A stretch of DNA of 64,000 nt from Myxococcota bacterium (GTDB taxonomy: Bacteria > Myxococcota_A > Polyangia > Polyangiales > Houyiibacteriaceae). The stretch covers positions 19,365-83,364 of the forward strand of contig JBCDFZ010000022.1 of the NCBI GenBank assembly GCA_039177115.1. The letters run 5' to 3'. Made by a program: the position numbers and the translations under genes. The notes under the pieces were generated by a model, which saw only the letters and a program-made list of their open reading frames with translations, was not told where the DNA came from and ran no database searches. This document shows positions 17,175 through 27,736 of this stretch, piece by piece. The number at the start of each line of letters is the position of its first letter. Positions within the stretch are counted from its first letter, which is position 1.

Positions 17175-17321
17175 ATGGGCTGGCAGGAAATCGCGACCGC
17201 AGCCGTTGTCCTAGTCGCAGTCGGCTACCTGGTGCGCCGTTTCCGTGGCAAGTCAGGCGCGTCCCGTGGCAGCGGCGGCCCTGACGTGCCCGCCTCGAGG
17301 CTCAACCGAAAGAAACGCTAG
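17175..17321 (+). CDS. Small FeoB-associated membrane peptide (Cys-less variant, tentative)
   Basis: Internal Met of ORF 17073-17321. MGWQEIATAAVVLVAVGYLVRRFRGK matches the N-terminal helix plus basic patch of FeoB-associated Cys-rich membrane proteins, but the tail has no Cys. Confidence 0.5.
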   Translation: MGWQEIATAAVVLVAVGYLVRRFRGKSGASRGSGGPDVPASRLNRKKR

Positions 17322-17370
17322 CCCACCGAATGATGCAGTCTTCGCAGTCAATGATTAGATTGGGTTAGAC

Positions 17371-18360
17371 ATGGGCCAGTCCGCAACCATCGAGGGGCTT
17401 CGCAAGTTTCGTCAGAAGCTGCTGCGCGAGCGCGACCCCTGGCACGACGCCTCGCGTCGCTTTCGGGTGCGCCGTTTTGCGGGCCCCGAGTGCTTCACCG
17501 AAAACATGGAAGGCGTGCGCGTTGCGCATCTCACCGACCTCCACGTCGGCCGCGTGACACCGATGGCCGTGCAGTACGACGCGGTCTCGATGACCAATGC
17601 GGGCAGCCCCGACATCGTCGTCATCACGGGCGACTTCGTGTGTCACAGCCAGGTCTACCTCGACGACCTCACCGAGGTGATCTCGAAGTTCGACGCCCCG
17701 GTGTTCGCCGTGCTCGGCAACCACGATCACTGGGCCGGCGCCCAGTCGGTACGAAAGGCGCTTCTCAAGGGCGGTGCGGAGGTGCTCGACAACGCGCACA
17801 CCGAGATCACGATCGGCCATCAGCCCCTGCAGGTAGTGGGCCTTGACGATGCGTACACGGGTCATGCCGAGCAACGCGATGCGCTCCGCGGCTTGAAGTC
17901 CAACGTTCCGGTCATCGGGCTCTCGCACATCGCCGAGGAAGCAGACCAGCTTTGGGAGAACGGGGTGCCCCTCGTGTTTTCCGGGCACACCCATGCAGGG
18001 CAGGTGACCGTGGCGCGTCTTCACGAGCTTTCGGTGGGCAAACTCGCCGGCCACAAGTACGTGCATGGTCTCTACGGCTCCCGTGCCGTCAACGAGCCCA
18101 AGGGCGCCGTGTACGTCGGGGCCGGGGTCGGTGCGGCGATCGTCCCGCTGCGTGTCGGCGAACGGGCACGCCGCGAAGTCGCGTTCTTCGAACTCGGCCA
18201 GCAGCCCGGCGCCTTCGACGAGCATCACCAAGAGCAGGCCGCGCTGCCGGGTCGGAAGCCTTCAGACAAGACCAAGGAGCGCCGCGCGCTCGCCGTCATG
18301 CGCAAGCAGCGCCGTCGGGAGCGCCGCAACGGCGCGCGACCCGACGCGAGCGCCGAGTGA
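17371..18360 (+). CDS. Metallophosphoesterase (calcineurin-like)
   Basis: Motifs HLTDLHVG, ITGDFV, GNHDHW and GHTHAGQ in canonical order. Basic C-terminal tail. Confidence 0.88.
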   Translation: MGQSATIEGLRKFRQKLLRERDPWHDASRRFRVRRFAGPECFTENMEGVRVAHLTDLHVGRVTPMAVQYDAVSMTNAGSPDIVVITGDFVCHSQVYLDDLTEVISKFDAPVFAVLGNHDHWAGAQSVRKALLKGGAEVLDNAHTEITIGHQPLQVVGLDDAYTGHAEQRDALRGLKSNVPVIGLSHIAEEADQLWENGVPLVFSGHTHAGQVTVARLHELSVGKLAGHKYVHGLYGSRAVNEPKGAVYVGAGVGAAIVPLRVGERARREVAFFELGQQPGAFDEHHQEQAALPGRKPSDKTKERRALAVMRKQRRRERRNGARPDASAE

Positions 18361-18386
18361 AACACCAGTCTTCCGCTCGCCGGGCC

Positions 18387-19334
18387 TCACGCGTGCTCGG
18401 CGAGGAAGCCTTCGGCTTCGAGGGCCGCCATACAGCCGGTCCCTGCGGCGGTGATCGCCTGACGCCACTTCTTGTCTTGGACATCGCCCGCCGCGAACAC
18501 CCCCGGGACGTTGGTTCGGGTCGAGTCTGGCTGGGTGACGATGTAGCCCTGTTCGTCCGTGTCGATCTGGCCACCGAGAAACTCGGTGTTGGGGATATGA
18601 CCGATCGCGAAGAAGAGGCCGGCAACGGGAACGTCGCGTCGCTCGTCGGTCTTGAGGTCTTTCACCTCGATGGCCTCGAGGAAGTCTTTGCCTTTGGCCT
18701 CGGTCACCACGTGCGACCAGAGCATCTCGATCTTCGGGTTCGTCATGGCGCGGTGCTGCATGATCTTCGACGCGCGGAGCTCGTCGCGACGGTGCACGAT
18801 GTAAACGGTAGAGCCATATTTGGTTAGAAACGTCGCCTCTTCTACGGCCGAGTCGCCGCCACCGATGACGGCCAGGGGCTGGTTTCGAAACGCCGGCAGT
18901 GCACCGTCACACACGGCACAAGCTGAGATGCCCTTTTGCCAGAGCTGCCCGTCGTTCGCCCCGGGGATGTCCAGGCGCTTTGCGGTCGCGCCAGTCGCGA
19001 TGATGATCGAGTCCGCGGTACCCTCCTGCGAGTCGGCCTTGAAACGGAACGGGCGCTTCGAAAGGTCGAGTTCGTTCACGGTTTCGGTGTGAATCGTCGT
19101 GCCAAAGCGCTCGGACTGCGCGCGAAAGCGGTCGGTGAGGTCCGGGCCCATCACCCCCTCGGGGAAGCCGGGGAAGTTCTCGACGTCGGTCGTGGTCGTG
19201 AGCTGGCCGCCTGCGGCGATTCCGCCCGCGAGAAATCCCTCGAACAACACGGGCTTCAGCTCCGCGCGCGCAGCGTAAATGGCGGCGGTGTGTGCGGCGG
19301 GCCCGCTTCCGATGATCAACACTCGATGACTCAT
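18387..19334 (-). CDS. trxB: Thioredoxin-disulfide reductase
   Basis: Internal Met of ORF 18387-19823 gives 315 aa. [19 protein letters not shown], redox [16 protein letters not shown] and GVFAAGD. Confidence 0.95.
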   Translation of the reverse strand: MSHRVLIIGSGPAAHTAAIYAARAELKPVLFEGFLAGGIAAGGQLTTTTDVENFPGFPEGVMGPDLTDRFRAQSERFGTTIHTETVNELDLSKRPFRFKADSQEGTADSIIIATGATAKRLDIPGANDGQLWQKGISACAVCDGALPAFRNQPLAVIGGGDSAVEEATFLTKYGSTVYIVHRRDELRASKIMQHRAMTNPKIEMLWSHVVTEAKGKDFLEAIEVKDLKTDERRDVPVAGLFFAIGHIPNTEFLGGQIDTDEQGYIVTQPDSTRTNVPGVFAAGDVQDKKWRQAITAAGTGCMAALEAEGFLAEHA

Positions 19335-19387
19335 GACACTCCTTTTGAGGCCCGGTTTATGCATACCGCCCGGGCCGGGCGCAACCC

Positions 19388-20497
19388 CTAGTGCCACAAC
19401 ATGGACACGCGCGCTGCGATCGCAAGGGATGCCGTAAGCCCTGGAGATTCGATGCCAATCAGGTGAACCACGCCGGGTTGCGACCTCGGCGCAGATAGGA
19501 CGAAGTCGGCAAAGCCGCCTGGTGGACCGACGAGTTTGGGGCGAACCCCGGCGTAGTCGGGCGCGAGGTGTTCCTCGCGGATCGCCGGCAGGTAGCGCGC
19601 AACCGCCTCGGCAAACCGCGTGGCGTCGGCTTCGTCGACGTCGTACTCGACCTCGTCGATGTATCGTGTGTCGGGGCCGGCGCGCCGCGCGCCACTGAGG
19701 TCGGTAGTGATGTGAACTCCGAGGCCAGCGGGCTGCGGAAGCGGGTAGATGAGACTGTGTTTCGTCTTGGGCGCGCCGGCTTGAAGCGAGAAGTAGCACC
19801 CTTTGCAGGGGTAGAGCGTCCATGGAGGCGCGCCACCGTCGAGCCCCGACTTCTTCGCCACCTCGACGGCGTCGAGTCCGGCACTGTTCAACAGACGTCG
19901 GGTGACGAGCTCGCCCTCTCGTCCCATCGAATCGGTTGTCCGCACGACCCAGCCATGCACCGTTTGGTCGATGGCCTCGACGCCGGTTTGAAACACGGCG
20001 GCGCCGCCACGCTCTCGGAACTCCTTGAGTAGGCTGGCGATCAGCTCGTGAACGTCGACCACGCCGGAGGTCGGCGAGAACAGGGCTCGGCTGCAGCGCA
20101 CCTCAGGTTCTTCCTGCGACACTTCGGAGCCGGCGAGAGGTTCGAGAGGGACGCCGACTTCCGCAGCGTGGCGTGCGAGTGCATCGAGCTTGGCTTCGTC
20201 TTCTGGGCTCGTTGCGACGATGAGCTTTCCGGTGTTGGCGTAGGGTACGTCGTGATCTTTGCACCAAGCGTACAGACGCTCTCGCCCCTCGATGCAGAGA
20301 TGCGTCTTCTGCGAATCCGACGGGTAGTAGATGCCCGCGTGGATCACCCCGCTGGTCCGGCTCGACGTGGAACGCCCAGGGCCGTGCTCGCGGTCGATTA
20401 CGACCACGCTCTTGAAACGCTTCGATAGCGCGTGGGCACAGGCCAACCCAACGACCCCCGCTCCGATCACGACTACGTCGACTTCGTCGCCTGCCAC
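19388..20497 (-). CDS. FAD-dependent oxidoreductase, L-2-hydroxyglutarate oxidase/dehydrogenase-like
   Basis: [19 protein letters not shown]...[17 protein letters not shown] resembles LhgO/L2HGDH. The proposed GTG start at 20497 lies 13 nt after the upstream stop (codon 20511-20513). The start is uncertain. Confidence 0.8.
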   Translation of the reverse strand: MAGDEVDVVVIGAGVVGLACAHALSKRFKSVVVIDREHGPGRSTSSRTSGVIHAGIYYPSDSQKTHLCIEGRERLYAWCKDHDVPYANTGKLIVATSPEDEAKLDALARHAAEVGVPLEPLAGSEVSQEEPEVRCSRALFSPTSGVVDVHELIASLLKEFRERGGAAVFQTGVEAIDQTVHGWVVRTTDSMGREGELVTRRLLNSAGLDAVEVAKKSGLDGGAPPWTLYPCKGCYFSLQAGAPKTKHSLIYPLPQPAGLGVHITTDLSGARRAGPDTRYIDEVEYDVDEADATRFAEAVARYLPAIREEHLAPDYAGVRPKLVGPPGGFADFVLSAPRSQPGVVHLIGIESPGLTASLAIAARVSMLWH

Positions 20498-20510
20498 AGC
20501 CGGAATGCTA

Positions 20511-22916
20511 TCAGAAAGAAACCGCGTCGACGCGTTGAGGTGGCAGCGTGGTCGACAGTCGAGGTGCGGGCAGCGATTGCTGTTTTCGGTAAGCCTCGTA
20601 GTGAACGAGCACCTTGCGCACGTAGCGATGCGTCTGGGTGAACGGGATGCGTTCGAGCAAGACATCGACCGGCGTGTCGTCCGGCGACTGCTGCATCCAT
20701 CGGCGAACGTTGTGAGGCCCCCCGTTGTAGGCGGCGATGGCGAGTGGCAACCGTCCGTCGAAGCGGCGAATCAACGAGGTGAGATACCAGGCCGCGAACT
20801 CGAGATTGGTTTTCGGGTCGAGCAGGTCGGCGGGCGAGAAGTCCTCGTGGCCGACTGCGTGCGCGATAAGTTGACCTGTGCGCGGCATGATCTGCATGAG
20901 GCCAACCGCGCCGGCGTACGAGACGATGTGCTTTTGGTAGGCACTCTCGACACGCATGACCGCGAGAAGAAGGTTGGGGTCGAGGCCGTACCGGTTCGCC
21001 GCCGGGACGACGAGCCACTCGTAGGCGCGGGGTAGCGTCTCGATATAGCTCGGGCCGGCGAACCCGCCTGCCGTGCCGCAGTCACCGAGCGCGGTCGCGA
21101 TCTCTGACAGGGTGGCTCGGGCGTCGTCCGTCAGGCTCGTCCTCGCGTCGCGTGTTTCCGGGTCGAGGGGATCCCGAACGCGCGCCGCAGCGCGGGCGAC
21201 CGAGTCGAGACCGGCGCGGGCCGCGGGTTTTCCAAGCGCGTCTCGCCACTGCAGGTAGGACTCGAAGAGCTCCGCCGTGGCCGCATCCCGTTCGTCCATA
21301 CGCAGGAGGTCTGCGGCGCGGCCGAGCCAAGGATAAGCACCCGAGTACCGCACGGCGAGCGCTTCGAGCTCGTCTGCGAGTTCGGCGTCGGTGATTTGCG
21401 GCGGGTGCGGAAGGCCGTCTGGGTCGAGCTCGGCGAAGCCCTCCGGGCTCTCGATTGCCGAGGGCTCCCTACGAAGTCGCTCGAGTCCGTTGAGTGCCCA
21501 GAGCGCGTAGTAGGGGTCGCCCTCCGCGGCGGCCCTGGCGTAGAACGTCGAAGCCTCTGCCGATCGTCCCGCCCGTTCGTGTGCGCGACCAAGGTGGTAG
21601 AGCGAGGCGGCGCGGTAACGGGCGCTTCCGCGTGTGACGATGTGGTCGAGCGATACGATGACGAGGCCCTCGCTCCCCGTGCCAACCGCCGCCATCGTTG
21701 CATCGAAAAGCACGCCGCTCGGCACACCGTCGCGTGCGGCAAGGGTCACGAGGATGTCGTCCACCTCGTCTTTCAAGCCGGCTGGCGAAGCGATCTCCAC
21801 CATGTCTCGGAGTTTCCCCGACGTAATCGCACTAAGAGATCGATTTCCGCGAAGCTTGTCGAGCGAGGCGCGCGCCGTTTCTTGGTGTCGCGCCTTCGCG
21901 GCTTCCGCCATGTCGTCCGCGCGGTCTTCGATCTCCCGTGCGACGCCGAGGTCGGTCACGGGCAGCTGCTGCGCGGTTCGGAGGTACGTCTCCGCTTCCT
22001 CCCATCGGCCTTCGTAGCGTGCCAGCCGACCCGCCAAGTAGTGAACCTTGGCGGCGAGGTCGGGCGCGAGGTCTCGTTCGATGAGTGCCAATACCTCGAT
22101 TTTGGCGCGATCGAGCGGCCCTGTTCGAATGAGCGTGCGTGCGATGGTCACTCGTTCTTCGTCGGTGAGAGCCGGCGTTCCGAGTCCCGCGGCGGCCATC
22201 CGTTCCAGCTCGCGGGTTGCGCGCGGTGCTTCTGCGGCTCCCGGATGCTTCACGCGGACCTCGTGGAGCGCCTGAGCGCCGTCGGCCGTTCGGCCCTGCC
22301 GAACAAGGCTTTGCGCGTATTCGTAGAGGAGGCCGGCCCGCCCTGGTACTGATGGGTAGGTCCAGAGAAGATTGTGCAAGGTCTCCTCGGCGCCCGGCTG
22401 ATCGGCCCTCAGCGCCGCCAGCGCGTAGCCGAGGGTGGCTTCGAGGCGCACCGCGTCGTGCTCGCTCACCGCAGCCTCCGAAAAGAATGCCAGAGCCTGC
22501 TTGTGGTTTCCCCGAAGCAGCTCGAGTCGCGCTTTGCGGAGCGCAATGTAGTCACGTACCCGGGGCAGGCCCTCGTAGGCAAGGTCGAGCTCGAGACGGG
22601 CCTCTTCGTAGCGGGCCTCGGCGATGTGGTCCGATGCCGCCCGATATGCCTCCACGGCGCGCTCCGAAAGAGGCGCCGGATCGACGAGCGCGATGGGGGC
22701 GAGGTAGCGACCGCACATGGCGGAGGACCAGGGGCTCGCTACGCGGACCGGCGCGTCGATCACTTGCACGTGATCGGACACGCACATGGGCCAATCGGGC
22801 GAGGCGCTCGCTGGCGACGGTGCTCCTGTATAGAGCAACCATGCCATGCTCACTGCCATCGAGAGTCGGCGCGCCACGCTCCTTCCAAGATGACAAATTT
22901 GTGTGTCGCGACGCAA
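20511..22916 (-). CDS. slt: Soluble lytic murein transglycosylase (Slt70-like) with superhelical/TPR-like N-domain
   Basis: C-terminal SLT domain: MRVESAYQKHIVSYAGAVGLMQIMPRTG...AYNGGPHNV. Long alpha-helical repeat N-domain. An alternative start at 22859 gives signal peptide MAVSMAWLLYTGAPSPASA. Confidence 0.88.
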   Translation of the reverse strand: MRRDTQICHLGRSVARRLSMAVSMAWLLYTGAPSPASASPDWPMCVSDHVQVIDAPVRVASPWSSAMCGRYLAPIALVDPAPLSERAVEAYRAASDHIAEARYEEARLELDLAYEGLPRVRDYIALRKARLELLRGNHKQALAFFSEAAVSEHDAVRLEATLGYALAALRADQPGAEETLHNLLWTYPSVPGRAGLLYEYAQSLVRQGRTADGAQALHEVRVKHPGAAEAPRATRELERMAAAGLGTPALTDEERVTIARTLIRTGPLDRAKIEVLALIERDLAPDLAAKVHYLAGRLARYEGRWEEAETYLRTAQQLPVTDLGVAREIEDRADDMAEAAKARHQETARASLDKLRGNRSLSAITSGKLRDMVEIASPAGLKDEVDDILVTLAARDGVPSGVLFDATMAAVGTGSEGLVIVSLDHIVTRGSARYRAASLYHLGRAHERAGRSAEASTFYARAAAEGDPYYALWALNGLERLRREPSAIESPEGFAELDPDGLPHPPQITDAELADELEALAVRYSGAYPWLGRAADLLRMDERDAATAELFESYLQWRDALGKPAARAGLDSVARAAARVRDPLDPETRDARTSLTDDARATLSEIATALGDCGTAGGFAGPSYIETLPRAYEWLVVPAANRYGLDPNLLLAVMRVESAYQKHIVSYAGAVGLMQIMPRTGQLIAHAVGHEDFSPADLLDPKTNLEFAAWYLTSLIRRFDGRLPLAIAAYNGGPHNVRRWMQQSPDDTPVDVLLERIPFTQTHRYVRKVLVHYEAYRKQQSLPAPRLSTTLPPQRVDAVSF

Positions 22917-22966
22917 AGAAAGGGTGGCCGTTTCTTACGCTTTCGCTTAGCGCGCGATACGGACGT

Positions 22967-23161
22967 TCACTCTTGCGGTGCTTTCTCGTCGTCTTCGGAA
23001 AACGAGTCTTTCGGTTGTGAGGTGGCTGACTCCTCGTCGGGGTCGTGTTGGAGCTCGGGCATGAGCACGGTGAAGACGCCGAGTGCGAGCAGAACGGCGA
23101 AGCCCAAGGCCAACCATACCGTCGTCCGCTTGGGGGTTTCGTAGCTGCCGTCAGGTGCCAC
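22967..23161 (-). CDS. Small single-pass membrane protein with acidic tail (hypothetical)
   Basis: 64 aa. TM helix VWLALGFAVLLALGVFTVLM, then a D/E/S-rich tail. Its start is 4 nt after the proS stop, on the same strand. Confidence 0.4.
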   Translation of the reverse strand: MAPDGSYETPKRTTVWLALGFAVLLALGVFTVLMPELQHDPDEESATSQPKDSFSEDDEKAPQE

Positions 23162-23165
23162 GCGT

Positions 23166-24881
23166 TCAGCTCCGCAGTGCTTCGAGTAGTGCCTTCGTGC
23201 GACCGACGATGTCTGCGAGCGGAACGTCCTCCGAGTCGGTACCGGTCCGGGCCTTCAACTCGGCCGCTCCCTTCTCGAGGCCGCGCGACCCAATCGTAAT
23301 ACGAACCGGAATTCCAAGTAGATCCGCATCTTTGAACTTCACTCCAGGCCGCTCCGACCGATCGTCCAGCAGGACTTCCACTCCGTCGGATCGGAGCGCA
23401 TCGTAGATCTCGGTGGCCTTGGCGAGCGGGGCTTCGTCTTTGCCGATCGGCGTGACGATCACTTCGTAGGGCGCCACCTGGACGGGCCACCGGATGCCGT
23501 TTTCGTCGTGGTGCTGTTCGATGATTGCCGCGATGAGACGCGTGACTCCGATACCGTAGCAGCCCATCACGACCGAGTGGCTTTCGCCATCTTCGTTGAG
23601 GAAGGTGGCGTTCATCTTGTCGCTGTAGTGGGTGCCGAGGACGAATATGTGTCCGCCCTCGATGCCACGGTAGAGTTCGAGCGATCCATTGCAGCTTGGG
23701 CAGGGGTCGCCCGAAGTGGCCTGCCGGATCGACACGACTTCCGCGGTGTAGTCGCGGCCGAGGTTCACGTTCTTCAGGTGGAAGGGGGCTTTGTTGGCGC
23801 CCGCCACCGCGTTGAGCACGTGCGCGGCATCCGGATCGACGACGATGCGTCCTTTGAAACCGACGGGTCCGACGAAACCGATCGGAGTTCCCGCGGCCTC
23901 ACGGACCGCGGCCTCCGATGCGAGCTGCACCTCCTCGACTTCGAGGTGGCGCGCGAGGCCGATCTCGTTGACTTCGTGATCGCCTCGAACCAGGGCAAGC
24001 ACCAGGGAGTCGCCCGCCACGTAGAGGAGGGATTTCAGGGTCTCGGCGGCGGTGATCTCGCCTCCGAAGAACTGCACCACGTCTTCGATGGACCGCGTCT
24101 TAGGCGTCTTGACTTCTTCGAGTGGAAGGACCGCTTCCGGGTCGGGTGGGGCTCCGCTCGGCGGGCCGGGGGTCGCGACCTCGACGTTGGCGGCATAGTC
24201 ACAGTCACGGCACGCCACGATCCAGTCTTCGCCGGTCTGGGCGAGTACCTGAAACTCGGCGCTTTGTTTGCCACCGATGGCCCCGCTGTCGGCTGCGACC
24301 ACGCGGTATTCGAGCCCAAGGCGCTGGAAAATCCGGTGGTAGGCCTCCCGCATCTGCGCGTAGCTCTCGAGCGCGGCCTCCTCGGAGACATCGAACGAGT
24401 AGGCGTCCTTCATGATGAATTCGCGGCACCGAAGGAGGCCGGCGCGTGGGCGCGGTTCGTCGCGGAACTTGTTCTGGATTTGGTAGAGGTTCAGAGGCAG
24501 TTGGCGGTAGCTTTTCACCTCGCGGCGGACCACGTCGGTGACGATCTCCTCATGGGTGGGCGCCAGATGGTACTCGTCGCCTTTGCGGTCCTTGATTCGG
24601 AGAAGCGTCGCGCCGTAAACGTCCCATCGGCCCGACTCCTTGAAGTACTCGCCCGGGAGGAACGTGGGCATCAGAAGCTCCTGTGCCCCCGAGGCATCCA
24701 TCTCCTCCCGAATGATGCGCTCGATCTTGTGCAGCACTCGCGTGCCGAGCGGCAGCAGCTCGTAGATCCCCGCCCCCACCATCCGCGCATACCCCGCCCG
24801 AAGCATCAGAATATGCGACGGCATCGTCGCATCTTTCGGAACTTCCTTCAGCGTCGGCACAAACGCCCGCGAATACCGCAT
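23166..24881 (-). CDS. proS: Proline--tRNA ligase (bacterial type with editing domain)
   Basis: Internal Met of ORF 23166-24956. MRYSRAFVPTLKEVPKDATMPSHILMLRAGY matches the ProS N-terminus. 571 aa. Confidence 0.95.
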   Translation of the reverse strand: MRYSRAFVPTLKEVPKDATMPSHILMLRAGYARMVGAGIYELLPLGTRVLHKIERIIREEMDASGAQELLMPTFLPGEYFKESGRWDVYGATLLRIKDRKGDEYHLAPTHEEIVTDVVRREVKSYRQLPLNLYQIQNKFRDEPRPRAGLLRCREFIMKDAYSFDVSEEAALESYAQMREAYHRIFQRLGLEYRVVAADSGAIGGKQSAEFQVLAQTGEDWIVACRDCDYAANVEVATPGPPSGAPPDPEAVLPLEEVKTPKTRSIEDVVQFFGGEITAAETLKSLLYVAGDSLVLALVRGDHEVNEIGLARHLEVEEVQLASEAAVREAAGTPIGFVGPVGFKGRIVVDPDAAHVLNAVAGANKAPFHLKNVNLGRDYTAEVVSIRQATSGDPCPSCNGSLELYRGIEGGHIFVLGTHYSDKMNATFLNEDGESHSVVMGCYGIGVTRLIAAIIEQHHDENGIRWPVQVAPYEVIVTPIGKDEAPLAKATEIYDALRSDGVEVLLDDRSERPGVKFKDADLLGIPVRITIGSRGLEKGAAELKARTGTDSEDVPLADIVGRTKALLEALRS

Positions 24882-24894
24882 GGCGCCCGTGGTA

Positions 24895-25103
24895 AGGGAC
24901 ACGCTCCCCCTACGCAACCCCCCGACACCACTCCACCTTTCACGCAAAGATCGCAACTACGGATCGTATGCCGTCGCGGTCGAGCCACCCGCTCCGAAAC
25001 GAACGACGCCGCGGCCGACTTGCGTCGGTGCCGCGGCGATGTTGCGATCTTCGTCCCAGATCCTCTCTCGTTTCGAGAGGTTGGGAGGGGGGAGCGTGTC
25101 CCT
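24895..25103. repeat. Nested long-range inverted repeats spanning the thiolase-proS spacer
   Basis: Outer arms AGGGACACGCTCCCCC (24895-24910) and GGGGGAGCGTGTCCCT (25088-25103), 16/16. Inner arms AAGATCGCAAC (24947-24957) and GTTGCGATCTT (25041-25051), 11/11. Read directly. Confidence 0.6.
24992..25038 (-). terminator. Candidate intrinsic terminator after the thiolase gene
   Basis: On the minus strand: CGCCGCGGC-ac-CGAC-GCAA-GTCG-GCCGCGGCG (13 bp, GNRA loop), followed by TCGTTCGTTTCGG. Confidence 0.4.
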
Positions 25104-26337
25104 AGGTGCCGACGATGAAGCTGACGCTGGTTGTGCCGCTTCCGCCGATGTTGAGGGTTTGGACGTTTTTCGCGCCTTCGATTTGGTAGTCGCCGGCGTG
25201 CCCGGTGACCTGCTTGACGCCGTCGAGCACCTGGCGGACGCCCGTGGCACCGACCGGGTGACCGGCGCCGATGAGGCCGCCGCTCGGGTTGATTGGGGTC
25301 TTGCCGTCGAGCGCGATGACGCCTTCCTCGATGGCCTTCCAGCTCTCGCCGGGGGCCGTGAGACCGAAGTGGTCGACCGCCATGTACTCACTCGTGGTGA
25401 AGCAGTCGTGCGTTTCAATCGCATCGATGCCGCTGCTGTCCGCGATGCCGGCACGCTTCTGCGCGTCGGTCACCGTCGAGCGCACGTGCGGGAGCACGTA
25501 CTCGTCGTTGGCGCTCTCGGCGATCTTGTCTTCGAAGCGGATGCGCGCCGTGTGATGACCCCAGCCCTTGATGCGGGGGATCGACTCCAGCGGAACGCCC
25601 ACGCGATCGGCCCACTTCTTGGCGTACTCCGGCGAAGCGAGCAGCAGTGCGGCCGCGCCGTCGGTGACCTGCGAGCAGTCGGAGATGTGAATCCGGCCGC
25701 CGATGTTGCCGTTGAACTCGTCACGGCTCATCGCGTGCTCGTAGTTCATGTACCACGTGCGGGTCTGGGCGTTCGGGTTGAGCTTGGCGTTCGCGTAGTT
25801 GATCGTGCTGATCTCCGCGAGATGCTCGTCCTTCAGACCGTAGCGCTTGTCATACTCGTCGCCGAGCTTGCCGAAGAGCTTCGGGAAGGGGAAGTCGATG
25901 CCCTTCGCCTCGAGCTCGTACCATGCCGCCGTGCCGAGGAAGTCCCCGCCTTCACCGGCGCCTACGGTCTTCATCTGCTCGACGCCGACCACGCACGCGA
26001 GGTCGTAGCGACCGGCTTCGATCTCCGCGCCTGCCGCCAAGATGGCGATGCTGCCCGAGGCACACGCCGCTTCGTGGCGCGAGGTGGGAAGCCCGCTGAA
26101 CGCCGGGTCGATCTCGAGGAAGAAGGCCCCCATGTGACCCTGCTTGCTATAAAGCTCGCCGGCGAAGTTGCCGGTGTGCGCCACCTCGACCTCACCGGGC
26201 TCGATGTCGGTCTTTTGAAGCGCGCCGAGCACCGCCTCGCGCATCATCGCGACGAAGTGCTTCTTCTCTTTGCTCCAGTTACGAGCAAAGTCGGTTTGAT
26301 GTCCGCCTAGAACGTAGACTTCAGGTACCTGTGCCAT
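25102..26337 (-). CDS. Thiolase-fold acyl-CoA acetyltransferase (SCP-x/type-1-like thiolase)
   Basis: Met 9 of ORF 25102-26361. Nucleophile context [10 protein letters not shown]-terminal [11 protein letters not shown] and NIGGSG motifs. Confidence 0.85.
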   Translation of the reverse strand: MAQVPEVYVLGGHQTDFARNWSKEKKHFVAMMREAVLGALQKTDIEPGEVEVAHTGNFAGELYSKQGHMGAFFLEIDPAFSGLPTSRHEAACASGSIAILAAGAEIEAGRYDLACVVGVEQMKTVGAGEGGDFLGTAAWYELEAKGIDFPFPKLFGKLGDEYDKRYGLKDEHLAEISTINYANAKLNPNAQTRTWYMNYEHAMSRDEFNGNIGGRIHISDCSQVTDGAAALLLASPEYAKKWADRVGVPLESIPRIKGWGHHTARIRFEDKIAESANDEYVLPHVRSTVTDAQKRAGIADSSGIDAIETHDCFTTSEYMAVDHFGLTAPGESWKAIEEGVIALDGKTPINPSGGLIGAGHPVGATGVRQVLDGVKQVTGHAGDYQIEGAKNVQTLNIGGSGTTSVSFIVGT

Positions 26338-26357
26338 TTTGTTTCCCAACCTTTCGC

Positions 26358-27710
26358 TCAAGCGGCGACGAAGAACTTGCCTACATTCACCTGTAGGTCT
26401 CGGAAGAAGACGGTGCCCTCTTGGGCGTTCGCGAGTGCGGGCGGGACCGGAAGCCCAGCCTTCTCGATCATTTGAATGGTCGGCTTGAGGCCGATGGTGT
26501 CGACCAGAACGCTCGGCGGCGCCCAGTTGAAGCCGTAGCCCATGATGCGGTCGATGCCGGAGATGTCGTCCGTGACCTCGCCCACGCGGTGGAACGAGTA
26601 GCTGATGTAGCCAGCGATGACCTTCTGCGCGATGGCGGCGTAGGGGCCGGTCGCGTTGGCAAACGCCTGCATGCCCTCGCGATAGCGTCCCACGCCGTGG
26701 AGACGTGCAATCTCGTCGATGAACGAGAGGTCGGGACGATTGATCGATTCCTTGCTGACGTACTTTCGCGTCTTCGGGTCGAGGACGATTTTGTTGCCAG
26801 CGTCATCTTTGCCGAAGAAGCCCGCGCCGGTCTTCTTGCCGAGGACGCCCTTGGCCATGAGGTCGGCCATGTACTCCGGAAGCTTCAGCGTGTCGTGCGC
26901 CTCGTCGGGAGCGAGTTCGTAGATGTTGTCGACGATGGCGCGGTGAATGTCCCAGCCGACGAGGTCGACGGTGGCAAGCGGCGTCATCGCGCGGCCGGTG
27001 TACGGACCGACGAGCTCATCGATGAGAAGCGGGCCGTGCTCTTCGGCGAGAAGCGCACACTCGTTGAGCACCTTGAAGCCGATGCGGTTCCCGGCGAAGC
27101 CCGGCGTGTCGGCGGTGCGAACCATCGCGCGACCCAGTCGCTTCGTACAATAGGCTTCGATGAAGTCGACGAGCTTCGGGTCGGTGTCTTTGCCCGCGAT
27201 CAGCTCGGTGCCGACGATCACGTTCGGCGGGTTGAAGAAGTGAAGCCCGAGAAAGTTCTTGCGGAACGACTCGCTTCGGCCCTCGGCAAGCAGGTTGATC
27301 GACAGACCCGAGGTCACCGTGGCGACGATCGAGTCGGGGCGCCGCATCTTGTCGATGCGGTCGAAGTACTCGCGCTTGAGGTCGAGCTGCTCCGTGACGG
27401 CCTCGAAGATCAGGTCGGCTTCAGCGACCGTGCGATCGAAGTCTTCGTCGTAGCTCCCGGTATCGACGCGCTTCGCGACGGTGCTCGAGCGGACCATCTT
27501 GGTCGCCGCGGCGAGACCGCCCTCCGCCTTCTCCTTGGTTCGCGCCAAGAACGTCACCCGCGGGACGTCGCTCGTGAAGAGCGCCCCGCTACCCAAGCCC
27601 ATCGCGCCATTGGCGCCGAGGACGACTACGTGTTTAATCTGACGAGAATTGAGCAAATCCGAAGACTTATCACTCGACCCCGCGGTGCTCGTCGTACCTG
27701 CCGACAACAT
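26358..27710 (-). CDS. 3-hydroxyacyl-CoA dehydrogenase family protein
   Basis: 450 aa. Rossmann [24 protein letters not shown] motif ([10 protein letters not shown]) and C-terminal dimerisation domain. About 20 nt upstream of the thiolase gene on the same strand. Confidence 0.85.
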   Translation of the reverse strand: MLSAGTTSTAGSSDKSSDLLNSRQIKHVVVLGANGAMGLGSGALFTSDVPRVTFLARTKEKAEGGLAAATKMVRSSTVAKRVDTGSYDEDFDRTVAEADLIFEAVTEQLDLKREYFDRIDKMRRPDSIVATVTSGLSINLLAEGRSESFRKNFLGLHFFNPPNVIVGTELIAGKDTDPKLVDFIEAYCTKRLGRAMVRTADTPGFAGNRIGFKVLNECALLAEEHGPLLIDELVGPYTGRAMTPLATVDLVGWDIHRAIVDNIYELAPDEAHDTLKLPEYMADLMAKGVLGKKTGAGFFGKDDAGNKIVLDPKTRKYVSKESINRPDLSFIDEIARLHGVGRYREGMQAFANATGPYAAIAQKVIAGYISYSFHRVGEVTDDISGIDRIMGYGFNWAPPSVLVDTIGLKPTIQMIEKAGLPVPPALANAQEGTVFFRDLQVNVGKFFVAA

Positions 27711-27736
27711 TCAGTGTCCTTTCTGCAACGCAGCCG

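Noticed and set aside
24895-24912. GGGGGAG in the proS-proximal arm as a sequestered Shine-Dalgarno sequence
   Set aside because: It lies about 22 nt upstream of the proS ATG, too far for a functional SD, so the SD-sequestration model is not supported. The repeat itself is still reported as a finding.
24960-25000. T-box-like string GGGTGG-ctcg-ACCGCG on the minus strand of the proS leader
   Set aside because: The T-box consensus has GGGTGG-N-ACCGCG with a single intervening nt. I found no specifier loop, AG bay or antiterminator/terminator alternative, so it is likely chance in GC-rich DNA.
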